Assembly: GCA_051294375.1 (NCBI GenBank)
Contig: CM119269.1
Span: 17,927,026-17,991,025 of the forward strand
Length of the DNA: 64,000 nt
Origin: Paraspadella gotoi
Taxonomy: Eukaryota > Animalia > Chaetognatha
Direction: 5' to 3'
A model generated the notes under the pieces. It was given only the letters and a program-made list of their open reading frames with translations. It made no database searches and was not told the origin of the DNA. Positions within the stretch are counted from its first letter, which is position 1. The number at the start of each line of letters is the position of its first letter. A program made the translations under genes and the position numbers. Below are positions 26,441 through 37,193 of the stretch, in pieces.

Positions 26441-27451
26441 TCATTGGCGGAGGAGTAGTCATTTAATGGTTCGAGTTTGTTTTCGTTGATAAATTTATAT
26501 GTTTAATCCGAGTTATTGATATTCTTTTTAAAACCGTCACTTAATGTCCGTTTATGTCACTAAACATCATCGTTGATGAACTAAAATAAAATTTGTCTCT
26601 TGTTTTAATTATTCATTCATTTTGAAATTTAGATAGAAAAACGTAATGTCAAACTGTGGAACCGCAAGCGACATTGAAATTACAATTACGAATTCGCTCG
26701 AGATATTTATGACATTGTAATTGAGGAACCACGCGACATCCGCCCTTGAGCTAAAAAAAAAATTTATTGACAATAAATATTGAACTTCGTTTGGGGACTC
26801 CACCCAGATTTAAATGTTTCTGATTTCGATGTGGTTGTCTTTGCATGCTAGTGAAAAAAAATATACACTGTCGATGACCGATAATTGTCGCACAAAAGTC
26901 AAAAACCGCCTTTACTTTTGGCCGTAAACTCTCGAATCTTAGTTCTTCCTTTGCTTCTAAAGTAAAACAAAAAGTTTAGGTAATGAAAGAGGCCAAAGTT
27001 TATGATGCCATTAAATTACATATAGACACAGAGTTCGAACAAAAGACGGAGGCGGAAACTATTTTTTTAAAAATTGAATAACGTTTATAAATAGAAGCTT
27101 TTCATATAATTATAACAAATGTTAGTATATAATCAATCCTCAAGCATCGAGCAGGCTGTAAACGCCCCTGGTGTCTGCCATTAGAAATCGAGTACGACAC
27201 GAGTTAGAGACAAAAGACAAAAGATTGAAAAACGTGTGGCGTAATAGATCAAAGTGAGTAACAGGAGGTTTGGGGACAGGTTAAATAAAAATTTCTTGTT
27301 TTCTTTCTATTTGTTTTTTTTTCCGTTTGTAAAAGTATAAAAGTAGTTGTCCCTCTCTCCAATAGGTAGTTCCAGTTCAAACGAAGATTTGCTTCTATAT
27401 TTGGAAAAAATATGCATCTATGGTGGACTAAAATCCACCAATCGTTCATCA

Positions 27452-27524
27452 GCGGCCATTGGTGCCGGAGGCAAGTCATTCGCCCTCCCAGCCCAAAGGT
27501 CCGGGGTTCTAGCCCGGTGGTCGT
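27452..27524 (+). ncRNA. tRNA-derived module inside LTR (Gly-like, probable Pol III promoter; not a functional tRNA)
   Basis: 73 nt; acceptor GCGGCCA/TGGTCGT pairs fully (2 G-U); T-arm CCGGG-GTTCTAG-CCCGG; A/B-box-like motifs; anticodon stem unpaired. Confidence 0.75.
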
Positions 27525-27527
27525 CTG

Positions 27528-27601
27528 GCAGTTAAGAGGGACGGGGCGCTTAACCCGCCTGTAACATGGTGTTACAGCCTGATCCGAAGCTCAGGGACTG
27601 C
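27528..27601 (+). ncRNA. Twister-ribozyme-like fold (P5-type permutation) in LTR1; copies at 27950-28023 and 24275-24348
   Basis: P5 GCAGTT/GACTGC; GA-CGG(T1); TAA; GC(T2); P3 CTGTAACA/TGTTACAG; P4 CCTGA/TCAGG enclosing L4 T-CCG-AA-GC, where CCG pairs with CGG. P2 is short/imperfect and P1 minimal. Confidence 0.6.
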
Positions 27602-28115
27602 TTATATTGAACGGTTCTGTCATTAACACTTATAAATAATTACTGTCTCTTCATTGGTGAGCCCGACTTCCGAACACAACAGCAACAACAACACTTTCAG
27701 GCGACATGCCTCAACCTGGCGATGCACTTTCCGCCCACAACACATCAGGCGACATGCCTCAACTTGGTGATGAACTTTCCACCAACAACAACAATTCACT
27801 AAAGAGACGCCACAGACTTCTCCCTATGGGAGGAGGGGATGTATGGTGGACTAAAATCCACCAATCGTTCATCAGCGGCCATTGGTGCCGGAGGCAAGTC
27901 ATTCGCCTCTCAACCCAAAGGTCCGGGATTCTAGCCCGGTGGTCGTCTGGCAGTTAAGAGGGACGGGGCGCTTAACCCGCCTGTAACATGGTGTTACAGC
28001 CTGATCCGAAGCTCAGGGACTGCTTATATTGAACGGTTCTGTCATTAACACTTATCAATAATTACTGTCTCTTCACATCCATGGTATATCCTTTCTTTTC
28101 GTTGTTGTATAGAGA

Positions 28116-28247
28116 TTTACAAAGAATTTTGAATTGTTACAACGATTTTATCATGATTAAATTGCAGACTCGAAAATCTCAGAGTCGAAACATGTCTGCA
28201 ATTTAATCATAATAAAATCGTTGTAACAATTCAAAATTCTTTGTAAA
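28116..28247. repeat. 54-bp-arm palindrome with a hammerhead-like degenerate loop
   Basis: Arms 28116-28169 / 28194-28247 (1 mismatch); centre CTCGAAAATCTCAGAGTCGAAACATGTC. Confidence 0.8.
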
Positions 28248-28316
28248 AAATATGCAAAAATCTTAAGTCTTAAAATGAATTTTCAACTAAGCTAGTATTG
28301 CCTAAAATATTTGACA

Positions 28317-29447
28317 ATGGACACCAAGAGTGTTTTTCTTCTTTTTCTCGTCGCCGCCATCGCCAAGGCTATTATCCAGGGTAATTGAGTTAATGAGTTG
28401 AAATAACGGCAATACTGAATAGCTCGAAATACGGACACCGTCGAGAATGTAAATATAAAATAATAAATGATTTATGTTTCCTTTGTATTTCAGAGCCCAA
28501 TGAGCAATTGCAGACTTTGGAAGAATACCTGCGAGACAATCCAAACGTAAGTTATATACCTTTTTTTCATATTCTTTTTTTTTAAACTTAATTTTTATGA
28601 TTACTTTTTCTGCAGAAAGGACAGGAAATCTGGACGCGGGGTCAGCGGTAAGTTTATCGGTGTAATGGGTGTGTCTTGCTTAGCTTCAAAACTTTTTACT
28701 TTAGCCTATGGCTATGCTTCTTTTATTTTTGCTTTTTAATTAACCTTCAACGTTTTCTAATTAACGTTTTTGTTTTTGTAATCATAAACGCATGATTTAG
28801 TTGCTGGTACCTTTTTCCGTTACAAGTTGTACATTTATCGTATTATTTACTAGTGTCTATATATATGAAATTGGTACAACCAGATTATTAAAAATTATCC
28901 ATTCATTTAATAAATAAGCTATCTTGCCCCTGACTTTGGACAGGCTTTGGTGGTTTAAGGCCTCCATCACTCTTACAAGATAATGACATAGCAGGTCCCT
29001 GCAAGCTTTCAATCAAGACTCTCTCACAGTCTCGTTTATTCACTCCCAGAGTACCTGGCTTCCCTATCAATGAAGTGGTATAATATTTCAAAGAATGTTT
29101 CAATTGTATGAAAGACCACTCCCTTAAGTATTAGATCGGGGAATACTTATTGTACTCCGCACTAGCATCAAAATACAAGGAGCTGAATTTTATGAAATTG
29201 GTACAACCAATATAAAAATTATCCATTCATTTAATAAATAAGCTATCTTGCCCCTGACTTTGGACAGGCTTTGTGGTTTAAGGCCTCCATCACTCTTACA
29301 AGATAATGACATAGCAGGTCCCTGCAAGCTTTCAATCAAGACTCTCTCACAGTCTCGTTTATTCACTCCCAGAGTACCTGGCTTCCCTATCAATGAAGTG
29401 GTATAATATTTCAAAGAATGTTTCAATTGTATGAAATATATATAAAT

Positions 29448-29502
<55 letters not shown>

Positions 29503-30882
29503 TATAAATATATATAATATGACCGAAAAGTGTTTTGTTGAGTCACGGCTGTAGTCGCATTCTGCATTCTGCATTCACTTTATTCACTTGGTCACCTCAA
29601 TGGTTTCAACTCTCCTCATGCCACACCCAAACATCGTTTAGCACCAACAACGTCATATGCCCCAAATACTGCGGCGGAAAGCCGCCCATCGACAAAAACA
29701 AGAAATGCCGTAAATGGGAACCATTTTACGAGAAAAAGGGAACTTGCCAGTGCATCGTGAAATTCGAATGTTGCCCCGACAAATGTCCGCCAGTCAAAAA
29801 AGACAAATGCTGGGGCAAGAACGAGGGTAAGCGAAAGATATACTCAAATAGTGTACGAGTGTAAGTATTACGGCAATACTATTCCAATTCATTTCGCCTT
29901 TTTACTTTCCACAAGGCCTCACTTACCCTTTGGAAGGCAAAAACTTTTGCGACTGCGACGTGATAACGTGTCTGCCCTGCCAACCTCTGGAACCCCCTTC
30001 AAGGATCTGCAAACTGGACAATAAGAATTTTCCTATTCATTGCTTCCACTACGACGCCAAAAAGTTGAAGAATCGGGTCACCAAGTGCTACGAGGCCGAT
30101 TGTGAATTCAAGCCGAAGAGGACCGTTTTACCGGTTGATTGCTTTTTGTTTAATTTTTATTTACATTTATTTTAGAATGATTCATCAATTGTTTAAGTTT
30201 TACTTTTTTTTTAATCTGTTAAATTTTGTTTTCCAAGTTTTTTTTATTCGTTTTTCTCCAAGAATTGCGACCTTACCTGCACCAAAGCCAAGCCCGATTA
30301 CGACGAATGCGGTCAGCCGACTCACGTCTGCGTGGGGATCAAAGCCAAGGACGGCTGTCCGCTTAACACCAGAGAGAAGAGTTCCGCCGCCCTTCCACTG
30401 GGGCTTCGCTGCTACCACCACAACCCTCAAAAAGTGCCTCACCCAGAAGGGGGAAAGTATTACGACAACGGGAAATGCGTGGATTGCGTAAGGTGACGTT
30501 TTTTATATTTCAAAACTCAGCAAATACAATACGTACAATATTGTATAAAGACTAATATGCTAAATAACTGCTTCATTAAACAATTGAGTTAGAAGAAATG
30601 TATTTATTTCATGACTCGACAGGTGGAAGTACCAGCAAATTCCTTGCAAGAAAAGTGTCGTGTCATGTCCGAACCGCAAGACCAGCCCCTTGGATCCAGT
30701 CTGTTGGAAGAGAGTAGTTTCTGACGGTTCGTTGCCAAGAAATTTCTCGAATTTGATCTTTTACTCTGATTAAAATTCTTTTTTATTTCTTGCCAGACGA
30801 CTGCAAATGCCAAAGTGTGGTCTGCGAACGCGCGCCTGAAAGACCTCCCACTCACGTAAGTTAGAAAGTTTCTTTCTGTTTT

Positions 30883-30954
<72 letters not shown>

Positions 30955-32336
30955 TTTAGAAAGTTTATTTCCATCTATCTTTCTTTCTTTCTTTCTCTCT
31001 TGCTTTCTTTTTTTTTCAAATTTCAATATTTCTCAGCCTTGATTAAAACAGTAAATCTTCTTTCTTTCCTTAAAAGAAATTTTTGGACGGCGAACGATGT
31101 CCTCGGGGCTACAAGAAGATAACGGGCGTTTCCATCTGCGCCTACCCGCGCGACCTCTGCTTCCGATGTCGTAAAGTCAGGGATCCCGTCGATTGCGACC
31201 TGAAGGTGGATAGGATCGTCCACGATCGAGACGCCCACGGGTGTCCCGTTAAGACGTAAGGAGGAGATTTTATTTGGGGGGGGGGAAGAATTAGAGAAAA
31301 ATATAATGGTGGCTTAAAAAAAGGATTTCGAGATTTCGATTTAATAGTTGTAATTAGCTAAAATTAACGAAAGTTACAAAGACCGAGATAAACTTTGAAT
31401 AAAACATTTAATATTTTTTCCGTAACTATGAAGTCTCTCACATTTTTTTCCCAGTTGCCAGCGGTCATCTGTTCCGAAAAAATACTGTCGCTCGTCCACT
31501 TACTATTTTGACAGGCGACAAAAAACCTTCGAATGTATCCCTAAAGGTAAGCCATTTCGTAGGTAAGTCAATCTGTGCCTCTGGTCGTCCGATTATTTTA
31601 TTCAATCCGCTGTCAGGCTCTCAAACTCTTCGGCTTCCAGAACAAATCACCAATTTTATCAACTTGCCTGACCTTCTATTCTCACCTTTTTTCCCTCCGC
31701 CCTCCTCTTTCCCCCCCAGCTTTGTACTGCTTCGTCTTTCCAAAGAACCAGATCGAGGCTAACGTTCATATCAAACCGTTGATCGAAAAAGACATCGACG
31801 CCTTCACCTTCGACGTCTACTACACTATGACCTCCCCGACGAAGGATCCTTGGATCTTGAGCTGCGCTCACAAAAACAAGTACAACGCTCTCGTCATCGG
31901 TCCGAAAGATGGCGTTCTGGTCGGCTCCAAGTCGCTCTACACGAGACTGACGCCCCCTCTGAACCAAGAGACGCACTTGACGATCGTTTGGAACGGCGTC
32001 ACCGGCGACATCCGGGTCTTCGTGGACGGAAAGCTGGAGAGAAGAGGGAAGAATAAGGCGAAGACGGGGAAGACGGGGAAGAAAGTGTTAAAGGGATGTC
32101 GCATGATCTTGGGTCAAGAGCAGGACGAGGTCGGAGGAAAGTTTGACCCGACACAACGATTCGTGGGGAAACTGTGCGGGTTTCAGATGTGGGATAGGGT
32201 GTTGAGCGAGGCTGAGCTGAAGTTGCTGTTTGACGGACGGTTGCCGAAGAATAAAAATGGGAATCTGTTCGACTCACCACCGAGTTATAAGTACGAGCTG
32301 TTGAAGGGAGCCACGAAAATCATTTCCTACGACTAG
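28317..32336 (+). CDS. Secreted Cys-rich long-pentraxin-like protein, paralog C (610 aa, Lys/Arg-rich)
   Basis: Exons 28317-28380, 28494-28546, 28616-28647, 29642-29826, 29916-30133, 30263-30492, 30623-30726, 30797-30855, 31077-31255, 31455-31546, 31720-32336 sum to 1833 nt, open; signal MDTKSVFLLFLVAAIAKA; LGQEQDEVGGKFDPTQ motif. Confidence 0.92.
28864..29435 (-). mobile_element. Tandem full + partial R1 (Penelope-like) copies in intron 3 of gene C
   Basis: 28864-29178 and 29190-29435 are near-identical to each other and to the reverse complement of 6352-6663; partial-tandem arrangement is typical of PLE pLTRs. Confidence 0.7.
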
Positions 32337-33671
32337 AGCTGAAATGCCCAAATGAAAAAGATTACGTCCACTACGAATTATTTTTGTATAGAAACTGCAC
32401 CCAAAATAAATTTTCGTCGTCAGTTGCTCTTGATTGTATTATTTTTACGCTTATAATAATAGTCACTCATTAATTCAAGTTCGGAATGACTTTTGTTTCA
32501 TTTTGCCATATTTTTGAATCGCAACGCGCTCTCTGTTGAGAAATCATGCAACTAAAAAATTTGCGAACAATCGATGTGGAGGATTTAATTGTTCGTTGAA
32601 ACTGGCGACCTGGCTTTACAGGCCTCTGACTGTCTTAGGCTTTGGAACCGGAACCATTAACGGTATATAGAGATACACGAACTTGTGGAGGCACAGCGCA
32701 GTTTCTGAAACGATCTGCTCCACCGAATTTCACGAAGGAAATACCTATCCCTGCCAGTTTACATTTCATCCTACCTTTATAGTCAGTAATATCATTCTTT
32801 CATCTAAAACCATATTTAATCTTTAATAATTAATTGTAAATCGTAATTTTTTTTTATTTTTTTTTGTAAATAAACCAACAATGCGATTTGGCAATGTCCG
32901 CGAAATACCATTCTCCAGATTTCGTTCCAAACGGTTAAACCCCCCCCCGACAAATAATGCCATCGTCTCTCCCCTCATCCTCCTTTCAATCCCAACCATC
33001 CGCCACCTCCCACCTCCCACCTCCATCCCTAAATAATTGACCCATCGAAAAACTCGGACACGAGTTTTTTTTTTTCCTCGTAACTGACCACCACCAATAA
33101 CTCCCCCTTAACGCCCCCCTTTTCCCCTTAACCCGCTCACCAGTGACCCCTGTCTTGCACGTCGCCAGCACAGGAGGGGACAAATCGTAAGAGCTCATAA
33201 TGCGAGGGTTTGAGGGGTAGTTGTTCCGTCTTCGCAAGAGTTGCATTATATATATTGCAAAGAGTTGGAAAAGATTTTTAATGAAATTTACATCGTATAT
33301 ATAAAATTTTACGACCATTTTAACGTAATTTTAAGAACATGAACAAATCTGACCAGAGTAGTTGGTACAATTATTATATAAGCAATTGTTGAAATAGTCC
33401 ACTGGCCGCGTGGAGCAGGGTACGGCGGACAGTTGGGCGGGCGGTTCGGACCAGCGTTCTGACGGCGTGGTCTCGCGATAGGGAGCCGGTCATTACATTG
33501 GCGCCGCCCGCCGTAACGGTCGTCCGACACGGTCGCCCTCTTTCTCTCGCCCGCTTCAAGGTTTGCCCCTCGATTTCCTTTTGCTCGAAACGAAACTTCG
33601 ACTCTTTTGGGTTAAAACTTTGGCAAAAGTTTTCGGTCGAATGAAGACGCGATGGATGTGATGGCATCTAT

Positions 33672-33767
<96 letters not shown>

Positions 33768-34667
33768 CGTTTGTTTTGTCATTTAAAATCGGCGTCGCAT
33801 AATTGAACTCGACGACGACGACAATGACGACGATTACGCCACGACGACGACGAATTACGACGAAGACAACAACGACGACGTCGATGGTTGGGGTGGAGAA
33901 AGATCTGGAGCATCGATTGGGTGGGAGGCACCCATCCGTCGCCCCAACCATTGGGACCAGTCTCCATGGAAACGACGGATCGCTTCGTCGGAATGTCTCT
34001 CTCAACAAGTCGCCCAATCACCCAGATTTTGGTCACTTTTTTGTACTTTTGGTCAAGACTTCTCGCCCTTATTTTCTTTTGTGAGATTCAGTTTCGGACT
34101 TTTAAGGCGGATTTAGGGTCAGGAAGGGTCATATCGGGTCACGCTGTGGGTTACTTTTTTTTGTCTTGGTGGTCAACGCGGTGACCCGATTTCGCAAAGC
34201 TTCGACGAAGATACTTCTTGTGTCGGTTCATTCGGAAATTGCAACCGAAGATCCGGAGAGGGAGTTGAGGTGAGGTAAGTCACAAATCTAAATTTTAAAT
34301 GTCAACAAACATTTTTAAAAAAAGACAGAATTTTTAAGAAAAAAAAATATAAAATATATATTTTGCTCGATATGATGAAAATTTTTTTTGGTAAATTTTA
34401 CCTAAAATCTTTTTTTATAATTAGGGCGATAAATTTGTAGCGTTGTAACTTAGTGTCTAATGATCATTCACACAATTTCATGAATTTTTAATTAAATTTT
34501 TGGCTCAGACAGAGAATATTTCTTCATCGAAGGAGTGTACACAACTAATGTTAATTCTTGAAATGTTATCAAATAAATATAAATAAATACATTCTTCGAA
34601 CTCTCCATCCCAGAGGAGAACGAAAACCACATCGATCAGCTCACTCAACTCACCGGAAGAGAGAAAT

Positions 34668-34727
<60 letters not shown>

Positions 34728-36108
34728 GATTAAATGTCCTCATCCAGAGTTATCACTGTCACTCGCGCCGACTTCAACTCGTGAGAACGAAACGCTGATC
34801 CTAGACTCGGAAACGAATTTTCTCTTACCATCGATTAACATAAAAAGCGATGGTCCGATTCATGTTTTGTTTACGTTTCGCTTGTTTGTTTACTTTTCTC
34901 ATGTATTCATTACGGGATAATCTGATCCGATCGTCGCGATGTCCAGGCGGAAACGAGGGGTCGGTGGGTCATCCTTCTCTCATGAGGAGTTGCTTCGAGG
35001 TGATAGCAAAGTTATAGTTCGAAGTTATAGTTTTAACTTAAAGTTTAAATCAACTTTTTAAGTTCTGAAAAACAAATTCTGAAAATGGGAATATTATGAA
35101 TATAAAATGTTCGGAAACTGGTTACAACCTTTACTCATTTCTCTCTTCTCCTAAAAATCGATTTATTTTCTCTCAATTCGAACCAGAAATCATCACGCGA
35201 TTCGCCCAATTTTTTTTTTTTTTTCGTTCATCGGAATCGATTTTTCCCTCAAAATTCCAAATCCTTAATCCCGAAATTGAGGCTGAATCGATCGACTGGG
35301 AAATTGTTATTTCTTCGGATCGGGAGAGAGAGAGAGAGAGAGAGAGAGACCCGCAGGTCGGACCCACAGCTCGTCTAGACTTACGTGGACAAAGCGGGAG
35401 TACCGACCACCCATTGCCCATCTGCCTTTTTATTTACACACATAAAGTCATACATACTCTTTCTCTCTATCTCTCTCACTCCCCTTTCTCCCTCTCGCCT
35501 TCCCTCTCTCTTTTTTTCTCTATCTAAAAATATACAGATAGAAGTTAATCGATATTCGGTCAAAATCAAAGCGAGCCCGTTTCGCATCTTTTTTCATCTA
35601 TTTTGCCAAAGTTTCAGCTTTATGCAAATCGGTTATGACTTGTTTTTTGTCCTTTGTCTCACGTATTTCTTGTGAATCTTTCTACCTACCTACTTTGTTG
35701 CTTTTTAAATAAAAAGATAAAATAATTAAAACAATTCTAATACAATATTTACAATGCTTTTTCAACTTCTAACTTCCGCTTTATTATGAGAAAAAGTGAA
35801 AGAAAAATCTCAGGATAAAAAAAAAAGGAAAATGAGATTCGTGGCCTTGAGGCGATTTCTTTTCTCGCCCATAAAAATAATCGGCGGGAATTGGAGCCAA
35901 ACGTGAAGGCTGACGGCAAAGCCGACGTCCAAACCATGTAGTTATTAGAAGAAAAAAATGAAAGGATGAGCGAATCGACAAACTCTTCATGAATGGGATA
36001 TTTGAGGCTACCGTATGAATGCCGTACACATCGGGCACGGCTACGGCGGGCTTTGTCTTATGGCGGGAACCACGAAGCTGGAATTCGTCGAGAAGGGTTT
36101 TTATTACA

Positions 36109-36570
36109 CTAGGGGTAGCCGCACTCAATGGGGTGAGTCAAAAATTTAGAGTGAGTACATGCTCAAACGAATATTTAGACATTTTTAAGAATACTTTCAA
36201 TGGACAAAAAATTTCTAATATGGCTCTATACCCGAGTAATTATTTTTTTAATATTTATTTATAGATAGGAAAGGCCAAAAATTTTTTTTTGAATTTTTAA
36301 ATTTTAAGACCAGATTCAGATAGCTCATAAAAAGTTGTCTACACAAAGTATGATTCTTTTTTAAATATTTTTACGATAAGTGTGTCAAAAATAAGAAAAA
36401 CTATAAAAAATCATCATCATCATCATCTTTCGATGATTTTATCAGTTTTTTTATATTTTCACTTAGAAAACGTAAGAATTTTTAAAAGCAGTAATTATAT
36501 TTCTTGTTTAACTTTTTATGCTCTATCAGAATCCATCAAAAAATTTTAAGATTTAAAAAAAATATTTTTA
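36109..36570. mobile_element. Second copy of the 18080-18535 MITE-like element
   Basis: Reverse-complement match including the (CAT)n core and the GGGG.AGCC.CACTCAATGGGGTG terminus. Confidence 0.7.
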
Positions 36571-37193
36571 GCTCTATATAGTAATATAATATTTTTAATT
36601 AGGCGAGTACCCTCAGAAGAAAGCATTTTTGACAAAAAATATTTTAATACCATAATCTATGGTCATGATAGATTATTTTAACGCTGTATACATTAGCATT
36701 TAAATTTCATCGGCTATGGCTAATTACACTAAGATTTATTTATATATGAATCGTTTCTAATAATGTACCCATTGTATCGATTTAATTCTACGCTACGATC
36801 CACTGAAATATGTGCAGTATTTTCTGTAGTAATTCCGACGGAGGCCAGCTTTCGTAAATTTGACTTCAAAGACTATTACCCAAAAAATTATATGCTAAGA
36901 AGGTTGTAAAAACTTCCAACGACGCCTACAACATCTACATACGTCTAATCCTACTCAACCATTGGGTGATATTTATTTAGTTTATTTGTACCGACAACTC
37001 ATACATACAATTAAAAAACGATCCATAAGAAGAGAAAATTCTGAAACTATGTTATTTGAATTGTTTTCAATTTAATACTTTGTTTATTTTAATTTTCTCG
37101 CGTCTGTCGAGAGAATTCGTGCCCCCCGAATCAACTCGACCACTTTCAGAAATCGCGACCCCCGAAAACCGTTGGCGCGGATTTCCATCTCAA

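Larger units (their letters stand above)
27419..28075 (+). mobile_element. Complete non-autonomous LTR retroelement (TRIM) with tRNA-derived LTRs (Helenus/Cassandra-type)
   Basis: LTR1 27419-27653 and LTR2 27842-28075 (near-identical, TA...CA); PBS TGGTGAGCCCGAC 27655-27667 (12/13 match to the tRNA-Trp PBS TGGTGACCCCGAC); PPT GGGAGGAGGGGA 27828-27839; TSD CATC; internal region of about 190 bp with a duplication of about 45 bp and no retro ORF. Confidence 0.92.

Noticed and set aside
27452-27524. Functional tRNA gene
   Set aside because: Anticodon arm is unpaired and varies among copies; embedded in LTRs.
27419-28075. Two adjacent tRNA-SINE copies
   Set aside because: A single TSD brackets both copies, a PBS and PPT lie between them, and there is no poly-A or simple-repeat tail.
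33309-33530. Small GC-rich minus-strand ORF
   Set aside because: Non-ATG start, no recognisable domain or reliable splice partners.
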